Positions 35,292 to 44,768 of a DNA stretch of 64,000 bases are shown in pieces (the stretch's first letter is position 1; the number at the start of each line of letters is the position of its first letter). Below the pieces are notes generated by a model, which had not been told where the DNA came from, did no database searches, and was given only the letters and a program-made list of their open reading frames with translations. The DNA comes from an uncultured Pseudomonadota bacterium (GTDB lineage: Bacteria; Oederibacteriota; Muellerivitia; Muellerivitales; Muellerivitaceae): positions 128,001 through 192,000 of the forward strand of contig CAWIIP010000005.1 of NCBI GenBank assembly GCA_963836235.1. The letters run 5' to 3'. A program made the translations under genes and the position numbers.

Positions 35292-37685
35292 TTATTTCTT
35301 AAATTTTATCACCGTCGCGCCTGCCCCGCCCTGAGCCGGTTCGGCCAAGGCGAACTCCACGCCGGGATGGGCCGTAGGCAAGTGCTTGTGGATGGCTTCC
35401 TTCAGCGCCCCAGTTCCTTTTCCGTGGATGATACGAACAAAAGGCAGGTTCACCAAGACCGCGTCATCCAGAAACTTATCCAACTGGGCCAGGGCCTGAT
35501 CTACCAGCTTTCCGCGCAAATCTATTTCCAGTTTTCCCTTTTCTTCCAAGGATTTTGAGCTCATGACGCCACCGGCTTGTGGATGGACCGTCCGAGCCGG
35601 TTTGGGAGCTTGGGAGACTCGCCCAAGATCGGACCATTTGCAGGAAAGTTTCATTCCGTTCTCCATCAGGATGACCGCTTCATACTTTTCCTCATCGGCG
35701 CTCACGACTTTCACGTCGCAATTGCCCGGTTTGAAGAAAACCGAATCTCCTTCTTTGACTTCTCCAACTTCAATAATGGTTTTAATGGGAGCCGGTTTGA
35801 TATTCCGGAGTTTTTGATTCACTTCCTGGCGCGCCGTCTTGATCCTTTCCTTATTCACTTCACCCGCGGGAGATTGAACACCCTGGATGAGATGTTCCAT
35901 TTTTTTTCGGGTATTCTTCAATAAACCTTCCGCTTCGACTTGTGCTTCTTTTTTGATCCGGCGGGCTTCATCCTTCATCTGGCGCCGGGCCGTCAAGAGT
36001 TCTTGCTCGATCTTTTTGGCGTTCTCATGGATTTTTTCCGCGTCTTGTCTGGCTTTCTCGGCTCCTTGTTTTTCCTGGCCCAGCTTGGCCAACATTTCAG
36101 ACAAGTCCGCCTCACCCTGGGGCAAATGTGACTTGGCCTTTTCGAGTAATTCTTCACTAAATCCCAGTTGGCGGGCCAAGGTAAGGGCATAGGATTGTCC
36201 CGGAATGCCAGACACCAAGCGGAAAGAGGGTTTTCCCGTTGTTTCATCAAAGAGCATCGCCGCGTTGGCCATGCCCTTTTCTTCCTGTGTCAAAAGTTTC
36301 AAAAGAGGTTGGTGGGTATTGGCCAAAACCAAGGTCCCTTTCTCTCGAAAGGTTTCCAGACAGGCCAGGCCCAAGGCGCCTCCTTCCCGCGGGTCCGTAC
36401 CGGCCCCCAACTCATCCAAAAGAATGAGGGTTTCGGGACCGCAATGGTCGAGCATCCTTTTCAACGCCTTGAGTTTGGCCGCGTAAGTGCTCAAGTGATC
36501 GCCCAGATTTTGTTCATCCTCCAAATCGGTATCGAAATGCTTCAGGACCGGAACCGAACTCTGGTTGTTTGCCAAAACGGGGATTCCGGCTTGGGTCATG
36601 GCGCAAACCAATCCCATGGTTTTTAAAGCGACGGTTTTTCCACCGGCATTGGGGCCGGACACCAGGATAACCTGTACTCCTTCTTTGAATTCTATGTCCA
36701 GGGGGATAACAGCTTCCCGGAATCTTTCAATGGCCTCTAAAGCGAGCAATGGATGCCGGGCTTCTTTGATAGAAAGGTTGGAACCAGATTGGGGCTTCAG
36801 GTATTGCCCGTTGTAACGGGAGGCAAAAGTCGCCAGTACCCCATGGGCATCAACTTCCGCGCAAGCAATTAAGGTTTCTTCCAACTCGTTGGCATGGGTT
36901 AAAACCACCTGGGTAGCTTCCCTTAAAACCTTTCGTACCTCTTCATCTTCCCTTAACAAGGCTTCCTTGATTCGATTGTTGTTATCCGCAACTTCCCGGG
37001 GCTCCACAAAGAGGGTGGCTCCCGAAGCTGACATGCCATGAACAAACCCCGGAACCATATTCTGGTGATCACGCTTGATGGGAACCACCAAACGCCCCTC
37101 CCTTTCGGTCACGATCTTCTCTTGAAGGGCTTCCACCGTATCGGCCTTCTGGAGGAAGGTCTGGTAAAAATTCTGGACTTCGGCCTTCAGGGATCTCACC
37201 TGGTCCCGCACGCTTTTAAGGCCCGGGGAGGCCCCATCCAACACCTCGCCCCTGTCCGAAACTTTCGATTGCAATGTTTCCATCAATGTGGGAAGGGCAT
37301 GAAGCCTTCCCAACCATTCTTGGAAAGCGGCTTGGGTTTCACTCTCAAACCCGAGATATTGACGCAAACGGACAACCTCAGATAAGAAATTGACGATAGC
37401 GGCCAATTCTTCTCCCGAAAGGATATCCCCTTTGTTCCGGGCCTTTTCAAATGACTCGATAAAGAATTGGGAATCAGGTATGGCTGGAAATTTTTGTTTA
37501 GCCAGGTGCTTCTCGAGTTCCTGGGTTTTACCCAGACGATTTTCAATAAGTCCCAAATCCGAGGTTGGACTAAAAACCCGCAAGTAATCCCGGCCGGCCG
37601 GAGTTTGGCAATGGCTGGCGAGTTTTTCCAGTAATTTGGGATACTCGATGGCCTTCAAGAAGTTTTTAACGATTTCGCTTTTCAA
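35292..37685 (-). CDS. mutS2: endonuclease MutS2 with Smr domain
   Basis: SGPNAGGKT, DELGAGTDP, GIPGQSYA, IIHGKGTG. Confidence 0.95.
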   Translation of the reverse strand: MKSEIVKNFLKAIEYPKLLEKLASHCQTPAGRDYLRVFSPTSDLGLIENRLGKTQELEKHLAKQKFPAIPDSQFFIESFEKARNKGDILSGEELAAIVNFLSEVVRLRQYLGFESETQAAFQEWLGRLHALPTLMETLQSKVSDRGEVLDGASPGLKSVRDQVRSLKAEVQNFYQTFLQKADTVEALQEKIVTEREGRLVVPIKRDHQNMVPGFVHGMSASGATLFVEPREVADNNNRIKEALLREDEEVRKVLREATQVVLTHANELEETLIACAEVDAHGVLATFASRYNGQYLKPQSGSNLSIKEARHPLLALEAIERFREAVIPLDIEFKEGVQVILVSGPNAGGKTVALKTMGLVCAMTQAGIPVLANNQSSVPVLKHFDTDLEDEQNLGDHLSTYAAKLKALKRMLDHCGPETLILLDELGAGTDPREGGALGLACLETFREKGTLVLANTHQPLLKLLTQEEKGMANAAMLFDETTGKPSFRLVSGIPGQSYALTLARQLGFSEELLEKAKSHLPQGEADLSEMLAKLGQEKQGAEKARQDAEKIHENAKKIEQELLTARRQMKDEARRIKKEAQVEAEGLLKNTRKKMEHLIQGVQSPAGEVNKERIKTARQEVNQKLRNIKPAPIKTIIEVGEVKEGDSVFFKPGNCDVKVVSADEEKYEAVILMENGMKLSCKWSDLGRVSQAPKPARTVHPQAGGVMSSKSLEEKGKLEIDLRGKLVDQALAQLDKFLDDAVLVNLPFVRIIHGKGTGALKEAIHKHLPTAHPGVEFALAEPAQGGAGATVIKFKK

Positions 37686-37734
37686 TGTTGATTCCTTTTC
37701 ACCACAAAGTCACTAAGTAACGAAGATTCGATTC

Positions 37735-38409
37735 TCAGACTGAAAGGCTGATAGTCTTTTTCTCTGCCTCGGTGCCCCCGCGATAAATATTTTTTAACTT
37801 CTTTTTCATCCCCGGTGAAGGCCGGTCCAAACCTGGTTTCACCGAAATAAACGGATTTCCTTTGAGATAGAACCGCAACGGAAGTTCCGAACCTTCCGTT
37901 ATGCCGATCCGGGTTGTTACCCCGATGGGTTCTTTCCTATTTGCCCGCTGTAAATAAAGGGGCTTTTTCCATAACGACATCTTATTGTGGCCCCGATGAA
38001 TGCCCAGGGCCTGGACCAGCTTTCCTGGTCCGTTCGTAAGACCTAAATCGGTTTCTTTAAAAGGTCCGCGGCGTTTCACCATTAAACTGGCTCCCTTCAC
38101 CGGTTCTAGAGCCCGCACCAATGCCGCGCCGGGAACACCTTCCCTTTCGGTGACGACATTAAACATAAAATGGTTTCCATAGCAAAAATAGATGTAGGCA
38201 TATCCGGCAGGGCCGAACATGACTTCGTTGCGGGGGGTCATCCCACGGGAGGCGTGGCACGCGGGATCGTTCTTGGGGAGGTAGGCTTCCACTTCCACGA
38301 CGCGTCCAGCGGTTGTGCCTTGAGGGGTTTCATGAACCAAAAACTGGCCCAAAAGATCTTTAGCCACTTGAATGGTAGGACGGGAGTAAAAGGACTTTGA
38401 AAGGATCAT
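37735..38409 (-). CDS. mpg: 3-methyladenine DNA glycosylase (AAG/MPG)
   Basis: EVEAY, DPACHA, YIYFCYG, NGPGKL. Confidence 0.93.
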   Translation of the reverse strand: MILSKSFYSRPTIQVAKDLLGQFLVHETPQGTTAGRVVEVEAYLPKNDPACHASRGMTPRNEVMFGPAGYAYIYFCYGNHFMFNVVTEREGVPGAALVRALEPVKGASLMVKRRGPFKETDLGLTNGPGKLVQALGIHRGHNKMSLWKKPLYLQRANRKEPIGVTTRIGITEGSELPLRFYLKGNPFISVKPGLDRPSPGMKKKLKNIYRGGTEAEKKTISLSV

Positions 38410-38530
38410 CGGCTTCCTAGGGGGACGGTCTTATTCAGAACCAACCCAGTGTTATTCCACCCGCTTTAGGAGGGTGGCTGCGCGGATTAGTTTTAACTAA
38501 CCGCCAAAATCTAAAGATCATCTAATCATT

Positions 38531-38983
38531 TCATCCGAGTTTTGACTTCACCAGACCGGAGACCTTGCCCATATCGGCCCGTCCCTTGATCTTCGGAGTT
38601 AGGACGCCCATCACTTTACCCATATCTTTGGGGCCAGCGGCGCCAGAGGACTTGATCGCTTCCTCAATCAACTTGGCCAGTTCATCCTCCGAAAGCGATG
38701 CCGGCAAATATTTTTCAATTAAAGCCAACTCCATCTTTTCTTTCGCCGCCATATCAGCCCGGTTGCCTTTTTCAAAACCTTCGATGGATTCCTTGCGCTG
38801 CTTCGCCTGTTTGGAGAGAACCTCGATGACATCCTCGTCCTTCACCTCGCGCTTCAAATCCACTTCCTTATATTTAATGGCGGACTTCAGCATTCGCAGG
38901 GCGGAAGTAGACGCTTCATCCTTGGCCTTCATGGCCGTAATGATGTCTGCGTTGATCTTGTCGAAAAGGGGGGATGCGCTCAA
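38531..38983 (-). CDS. yqeY: GatB/YqeY domain protein
   Basis: AMKAKD, KQRKESI, DMGKVMG; TTG start after GGAGG. Confidence 0.92.
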   Translation of the reverse strand: MSASPLFDKINADIITAMKAKDEASTSALRMLKSAIKYKEVDLKREVKDEDVIEVLSKQAKQRKESIEGFEKGNRADMAAKEKMELALIEKYLPASLSEDELAKLIEEAIKSSGAAGPKDMGKVMGVLTPKIKGRADMGKVSGLVKSKLG

Positions 38984-39012
38984 GTCGGACCTCCAACAGG
39001 ATTTGGGTTTAG

Positions 39013-39049
39013 AAAAAAAGAGCCCATCCCTTTCCAAGGACGGGCTCTT
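39013..39049 (-). terminator. internal terminator after rpsU
   Basis: AAGAGCCCGTCC-loop-GGATGGGCTCTT followed by T-run. Confidence 0.8.
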
Positions 39050-39064
39050 CACGTCGTTTCGCGG

Positions 39065-39274
39065 TTAATCGCGGCTGAACTTCATCTGGCGGCGGCGCGC
39101 TTTTTTACGGGCGGCTGCTTCGCGCTTCTTGCGGCGTTCGCTGGGCTTCTCGTAAAACTCACGTTTCTTCATTTCCGAGATCAGCCCCGAATTTTGAACG
39201 ACCTTTTTGAAACGCTTAAGGGCGTTTTCAATGGGCTCGTTTTCTTCCAATCGGACTTCGACCAAGGTGGTCAC
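39065..39274 (-). CDS. rpsU: 30S ribosomal protein S21
   Basis: ENALKRFKK, REFYEKPS. Confidence 0.95.
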   Translation of the reverse strand: MTTLVEVRLEENEPIENALKRFKKVVQNSGLISEMKKREFYEKPSERRKKREAAARKKARRRQMKFSRD

Positions 39275-39405
39275 GCTCCCCTCTATGGGTGGAATAAGAA
39301 AATCCCTTTCAACCAGTAGGCCTACAGGGAGGAGGAGTTTAATGCTTTAGAGAGGCCCCCGTCAAGCAAGAGGAAAAGATGGTTTTTCATGGATATTTGG
39401 CGATT

Positions 39406-39747
39406 TTATCCCGGAGGCCAGGCCATGAAACGACCGCCCAAAAGATGAAGATGAAGGTGATAGACAGTCTGACCGCCGTTATCACCGTGGTTAATGACGA
39501 GTCGATAACCCTCCTGAAGATTCAACTGCCTGGCCACCTGAATGGCCCGTCCCGTCAAAAGGGAGACCATAGGATCATTCGCTGGAATGTCTTCGACGGT
39601 TTCAATGTGCGATTTCGGAATGACCAATACATGAACGGGGGCCGCTGGATGGATATCATGGAAAGCCAAGACTTGATCGTCCTCGTAAACCACATTTGAA
39701 GGTATTTCCTTGCGAATGATTTTACAGAAAACACAATGGTCGCCCAT
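39406..39747 (-). CDS. HIT-family nucleotide-binding protein
   Basis: CVFCKI, GQTVYHLHLHLLGG. Confidence 0.93.
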   Translation of the reverse strand: MGDHCVFCKIIRKEIPSNVVYEDDQVLAFHDIHPAAPVHVLVIPKSHIETVEDIPANDPMVSLLTGRAIQVARQLNLQEGYRLVINHGDNGGQTVYHLHLHLLGGRFMAWPPG

Positions 39748-39856
39748 GGTCCGCCCCCCATTTGGCTTGTTTGAGGCTCTAACAGCTTTTAATATACAAC
39801 GTTGTCTTTTGATTTTCCTTCTTTTCCTAACGAATCAAAGCGAAGGGCCTTATCGC

Positions 39857-40519
39857 ATGAAAATTCAGCGGTTGGTTTGGGTCGCCTTATTATTTTCACT
39901 GGTGCTTACGGGAGTCTCTTCTTCTCAGGCGCAGGTTTTTTCGTTGGAGCTCATGCCGGGGTCGGCCTATAACTTCCCCACTCCCCTGACCGTGCGGCAG
40001 TCGGGTTATCCCGACATCCATCTCACGGCCGACTATGCTACCGAGCCATTCGGACCCTATACCCCCTACTATGCCTGGCGGGTCTCCTTATGGGACAAAA
40101 ACCAAGCTTGGGAATTCGAGCAGGTTCATCATCGGCTTTTCCTCACCAACCCGCCGCCTGAGATTCAGGAGTTCTCGATCCACTTCGGCTATAATTTTTT
40201 TCTCCTGGGGCACGCTTGGAAACGCGGCGATTTTATCTTCCATGCGGACGCGGGAATCCTCATCACCAACCCAGAAAACACCGTTCGTGGCCAGGTCCTA
40301 CGCACCAAAGGAACCGGCCTTTTTGACGATGGTTATAATTTTTCAGGGATTGGCGCCCAAGTAGCCGTCAGCCGGAATATTTATTTCGCTAAAAATTTTT
40401 TCTTGCTCTTGGACGCTGGATTGATGACGGGATGGGCCGTCGTGCCAGTTGCCAATGGTTCGGCGGATGTGCCCAATCTATCTTTACATGGACACTTGGG
40501 ACCTGGGTTCAGTTTTTGA
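39857..40519 (+). CDS. secreted or outer-membrane beta-barrel hypothetical protein
   Basis: Signal peptide, amphipathic strands, C-terminal GFSF. Confidence 0.7.
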   Translation: MKIQRLVWVALLFSLVLTGVSSSQAQVFSLELMPGSAYNFPTPLTVRQSGYPDIHLTADYATEPFGPYTPYYAWRVSLWDKNQAWEFEQVHHRLFLTNPPPEIQEFSIHFGYNFFLLGHAWKRGDFIFHADAGILITNPENTVRGQVLRTKGTGLFDDGYNFSGIGAQVAVSRNIYFAKNFFLLLDAGLMTGWAVVPVANGSADVPNLSLHGHLGPGFSF

Positions 40520-40579
40520 ATTCTAGCTTCCGCGAAAGGGACTTTGAAGTGTTCGATCAAGACATGATAAGAACTTCTC

Positions 40580-41239
40580 TTAATTTTTATAGAGATGGAC
40601 CGTCATGTCCTCCTGTAAATAACCTTTCAATATTTTAAAATGATCACCCGTCCATCGCTGGGCTCTTTTTTCCAATTCCTTTGGATCCGCATAGAAAAGG
40701 TCGGAATCAAACCAACCCGCCTCCTGGTTTAATAAGCTAAAGGCCATACCCCCTTTTGCCGATTCCAGGCTTTGTCTTACCATCTGTTCGATCCAGGCCC
40801 AGTTGTCCTTCACCTTGTGGTTGAAAACACCGTTGACGAAGACATAATCCCATTTTTCAGACGGCGGATTTTGAAGAATATCCCCTTTCTTGAATCGGGC
40901 TTCCGGGAATCGCTTTCGGGCTCCCCTGACCATGAGATCGAGAATATCGATTCCGGTGTATTCACCTTGCCAGCCTCGATCCTTCAAGAACCCGTAAAAA
41001 CATCCCAGACCGCAGCCCAAGTCCAAAATCTTTTTATTTTGAAGGTCCCCGATACCGGCTAAAGCGCGGAACCGGAGTTCCTGGTTCTCGCGGGTTCGCC
41101 AACCTACTTTATTTTCAGGTAGGTCGTAATTCCAAGATCGCATGAGATAAAAAAGCTGGATGTAAAGACGGTCGTAAAGATTGAAGGGTTTCGACAAGGG
41201 TTCAAATCCATTCCGCAAGGGCGGCTCCGGCTTGGACAC
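40580..41239 (-). CDS. class I SAM-dependent methyltransferase
   Basis: ILDLGCGLG, YTGIDI. Confidence 0.85.
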   Translation of the reverse strand: MSKPEPPLRNGFEPLSKPFNLYDRLYIQLFYLMRSWNYDLPENKVGWRTRENQELRFRALAGIGDLQNKKILDLGCGLGCFYGFLKDRGWQGEYTGIDILDLMVRGARKRFPEARFKKGDILQNPPSEKWDYVFVNGVFNHKVKDNWAWIEQMVRQSLESAKGGMAFSLLNQEAGWFDSDLFYADPKELEKRAQRWTGDHFKILKGYLQEDMTVHLYKN

Positions 41240-42524
41240 CCGTCATTCGGATCCTGGTTTCTTTTCCTAACCATCCTTCTTTTCGAGGAAAATAGGCCCT
41301 TAACCCCTCATCCGTTAGTCCGGTTTGTTGCTCCCGGTTATGCCTTTCGACGATCACCCGGTATTCCCGTCCTTGGGCTTTCTGTGCCGAACGGGATAGG
41401 CATTCCTTTTTTAAATCCCACAAGAGATTCATCCGCCTACGGATGACGGCTGGATTCACCTTGGGCGTTATCTTTTCACCAGGTGTATCAGGCCGGTCCG
41501 AATAAGGGAAAGGATGAAAATCGGTGAAATCAAACTCACGAATTAGGTGAAGGGTATTGTCGAACGCCTCATCCGTCTCCCCTGGAAAGCCCGCAATGAT
41601 ATCGGAGGTCAACCCTACATGAAGCGCCGCCTTTTTCACCTTTTCAACCGTTTTTCGATAATGGTCAAGGGTATAAGGCCTCCGCATGGATTTCAGCACT
41701 CCTTCATCCCCGCTTTGAAGGGGTAAATGAAGATGGGCGCAAAGGCCATTGCCAGCCTGCCACAAAGGTAAAAGCGCGTCCTCAAAATCGGCTACTGCGT
41801 ATGAGGATAAGCGGACACGTTGAATTCCCGGTATCGCCAGTAATTTCTCAATGACGGGCGCCAATCGAGGTTCTTCGGCCCTCAATCCCCAATCCCTTCC
41901 ATAAGAGGACAACTGGATGCCCGCCAAGACCAATTCTTTGATACCATTTTGGGAGAGCCTTTTTCCTTCTTCCACGATTTCAAGACCGGGCCTCGAAACC
42001 ATCGTTCCCCGGACCCTCGGGATTAGGCAGAAGGAACAACCGAAATGACAGCCGTCTTGGACTTTGACCGTAGCTCGCTGATGCCCGTCGAAACGAGATA
42101 TGCCGCCACCCCAGGGGGATTCCTTTTCTAAAATTTCATCTGGCAGTGAATTAAAAGGTAAATATTGGCAAAGAATTTTTTTAAGCAGCCCTGATTTCCC
42201 GGTATTTCCCACGACCAGGTTGACACCTGAAAGGCCCGCGATCTCTTCCGGCCTGTCCTGCGCCAAACAACCGGCCACTACGACGAAGGATTCGGGATTC
42301 TTAGCCTTGGCTCGCCGAATCAACTGTTTGCCCTCGGCATCCGCCGCGGCCGTCACCGTGCAGGTATTAATGACATAGATATCCGCCAAATCTTCAAAAG
42401 GCACCGTTTGGAAATTTGCTTTTTCTACTTGTTCCTTCATGGCCTGGGTATCGTATTGGTTGACGCGACAGCCCAGGGTAGTGAAAGCGATTTTGGTTTG
42501 GGTCACTAAGGAAGAATCATTCAC
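41202..42524 (-). CDS. mtaB: tRNA t6A37 methylthiotransferase (radical SAM)
   Basis: TLGCRVNQYD, INTCTVT, VQDGCHFGCSFC, GFPGET; probable GTG start at 42524. Confidence 0.92.
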   Translation of the reverse strand: MNDSSLVTQTKIAFTTLGCRVNQYDTQAMKEQVEKANFQTVPFEDLADIYVINTCTVTAAADAEGKQLIRRAKAKNPESFVVVAGCLAQDRPEEIAGLSGVNLVVGNTGKSGLLKKILCQYLPFNSLPDEILEKESPWGGGISRFDGHQRATVKVQDGCHFGCSFCLIPRVRGTMVSRPGLEIVEEGKRLSQNGIKELVLAGIQLSSYGRDWGLRAEEPRLAPVIEKLLAIPGIQRVRLSSYAVADFEDALLPLWQAGNGLCAHLHLPLQSGDEGVLKSMRRPYTLDHYRKTVEKVKKAALHVGLTSDIIAGFPGETDEAFDNTLHLIREFDFTDFHPFPYSDRPDTPGEKITPKVNPAVIRRRMNLLWDLKKECLSRSAQKAQGREYRVIVERHNREQQTGLTDEGLRAYFPRKEGWLGKETRIRMTGVQAGAALAEWI

Positions 42525-42525
42525 A

Positions 42526-43638
42526 TCATCCCCCGTTGCTGTCTTTTTCTTTTTTATGGATGTCAATTTCAACATCAAATGGAACAAAAGCCTGTATCCG
42601 GAAGGAATTGGCCCAGACATCCTCGATCCAATGGGACCGCAGCTCAAAATCGAAAGTTACACCATTTTCAATTTCAACGAACCGGCGAACCCCTAACTCC
42701 TCGTAAGTCCGATTTGATTGGTAATAAACCCCGTCCACGCCTAAGGAATTATAGTTGGAGTCCCCCTCTTCCGACATATAGTCCTTCCCAAACCAGGAAA
42801 TACCAAAAAATTGCCACCGGTTATTGGGTGAGAAAATAGCCTTAGTGTAAAGTCCCTCGCCAAAAACGGGGCCAGGATAACCGAGCCGGTTGGTGTCCTT
42901 GCTACCCAAGCCGAATATTTCAAGGGAACTGGACCCTAGGATCGGAAGATATGGTTTAAATACAAACCCTAAGCCAGCCGCCAAATTGTTGCGTACCAGT
43001 CCATCCGTATTGGCCCCGCCCACATGGTAGCCATGGCATTGGCCTTCAACCAGGACGCCTTCCGTTAGGAGAAGCTGGCTTGAACCACCGTAATCGAAAA
43101 TCTCCCGCTCAACATCGGTCAGTAACTGCTGCCAATTAAGGAAAGAATCGAAATTGATGAAGCTGTCTTTTTGGACCCATTCAATCCCGTATTCAATAGG
43201 CCGGGTGAGTTCCAGGGTGGTGACCTCCATGGGTTCAATCAAACCATGCCGATAAACCGGCTGAAGTGTGCCAAAGATGAACTGGGATACGTCGGTATGG
43301 TAGACAAAAGAAAGGATCGGTTGGACATCGGTTTCCACTTCTTGGGCGCTGGGATGGTTGACGAAAAGGCCTCCCCAAATATCCGCGTGACTAGAGGTGG
43401 AAGCGTCCACATAGCTCTCAAACTGCTGTCCCAGGATCGTTTCTCTCACGCGAAAGGGCTCGAAAAACTCGGTATTATCGCCATAAAAAGTGAACTGGTT
43501 CTTCCAAACGACTTCTCCCTGTCCCGAGATGGGAGCCAGGACCGTGCGCTCCATCCACTCCGGGTCTTGAGCCCAGGCCGTTCCGGACATTGCCAGAACA
43601 CATAAAGCCACCAACCTTCCTACGGATTTAATTCCCAT
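42526..43638 (-). CDS. outer-membrane beta-barrel-like hypothetical protein (paralog A)
   Basis: Signal peptide; shares LE(L/I)TRPIEYG, DSFLNWQQL, EGDxNYNS with the upstream gene. Confidence 0.7.
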   Translation of the reverse strand: MGIKSVGRLVALCVLAMSGTAWAQDPEWMERTVLAPISGQGEVVWKNQFTFYGDNTEFFEPFRVRETILGQQFESYVDASTSSHADIWGGLFVNHPSAQEVETDVQPILSFVYHTDVSQFIFGTLQPVYRHGLIEPMEVTTLELTRPIEYGIEWVQKDSFINFDSFLNWQQLLTDVEREIFDYGGSSQLLLTEGVLVEGQCHGYHVGGANTDGLVRNNLAAGLGFVFKPYLPILGSSSLEIFGLGSKDTNRLGYPGPVFGEGLYTKAIFSPNNRWQFFGISWFGKDYMSEEGDSNYNSLGVDGVYYQSNRTYEELGVRRFVEIENGVTFDFELRSHWIEDVWANSFRIQAFVPFDVEIDIHKKEKDSNGG

Positions 43639-44698
43639 TAAAATTTCCTCTTTCTTTTACCGGAACGTCCAATCCAAAGGAAACCCGGGCCAATAACCGG
43701 CCCGAAAAGTCCCAAAGATTGTCGATACAACTGGACCAGACTTCAACTTCCAAGGATTCATCCCCTTGCCCCACAATGAATTTACGCAAACCCAATTCCC
43801 CATAGGTCCGATTGGACTGGTTAAAACCCGGATCCAACCCTTGGGAATTATAATTGGCGTCTCCTTCCCAAGAGAAAAAGTTCCAGCCCTTCCAGAGAAT
43901 TCCGTAAAGCTCGGCGACATTCCAAGGAGTAACAGAGCCCCTTATGTAATCTCCCCATCCCCATTGGGCATCGGTAATCTGGAGGAAGGGACCTTGTAAA
44001 TTTCCACTGAGGAGGCCGTAAGCCGAAAGCGAAGCCGTGCCCAGGAAACCCAGGTCGCCGTGAAGTTGGGCGCCCAAGGCAAAAGCGTAGTTATTCACTA
44101 CCCCAACATAAAAAAGCTTGCCGCCTTGGTGATAGCCATGGAATTGGATTTCGGTATTCAGGCTTCCGTTCAATGGAACTAAGGCCGTTCCGCCATAATC
44201 GAATATCTCGGGATTTCCCGGGGTATTCAGTTGTTGCCAATTGAGGAACGAGTCCGTATTGAACCAGCCATCCTTCTCTTTCCACTGCACACCGTATTCG
44301 ATCGGACGGGTGATCTCGAGGGTTTTCACCTCCAATGACTCCAAAAACCCATGCCGATTCTCGGTCTCTAAAGTTCCAAAAATCATCCTAGTTGTGGAAG
44401 TGAAGTAATCAAAGGAAAGAATGGGTTTTAAATCCAGTGAATCGTCCCACCCATTGGGATGGTCCATAAAAATCCCCGCGGCAATCCCCGTATGTTCACC
44501 TGTCAAAGCCACAAAAGAGCTTTTCCATTGCTGGCCAAAAAGGGTTTCTTCCGAACGAAAGGGGCCGTCAAAGCCCTCTTCGTCTCCATAAAAAGCTAAG
44601 CCATTTTGGAAGGTCACGGGATCTGCCAAGGCTAGGCCTAAGGATCCAAACCATCCAGCAACGGTTAAAATGAAAAATCGAAATATCTTTTTTTTCAT
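43628..44698 (-). CDS. outer-membrane beta-barrel-like hypothetical protein (paralog B)
   Basis: Signal peptide; tandem paralog of 42526-43638. Confidence 0.7.
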   Translation of the reverse strand: MKKKIFRFFILTVAGWFGSLGLALADPVTFQNGLAFYGDEEGFDGPFRSEETLFGQQWKSSFVALTGEHTGIAAGIFMDHPNGWDDSLDLKPILSFDYFTSTTRMIFGTLETENRHGFLESLEVKTLEITRPIEYGVQWKEKDGWFNTDSFLNWQQLNTPGNPEIFDYGGTALVPLNGSLNTEIQFHGYHQGGKLFYVGVVNNYAFALGAQLHGDLGFLGTASLSAYGLLSGNLQGPFLQITDAQWGWGDYIRGSVTPWNVAELYGILWKGWNFFSWEGDANYNSQGLDPGFNQSNRTYGELGLRKFIVGQGDESLEVEVWSSCIDNLWDFSGRLLARVSFGLDVPVKERGNFNGN

Positions 44699-44719
44699 GG
44701 GTATGTTTGGGGCATAAAC

Positions 44720-44745
44720 AAAAACGGGCCCAATGGGCCCGTTTT
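44720..44745. terminator. rho-independent terminator
   Basis: AAAACGGGCCCA-A-TGGGCCCGTTTT. Confidence 0.7.
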
Positions 44746-44768
44746 AAAAGTGATACCTAAGAAGTTAA

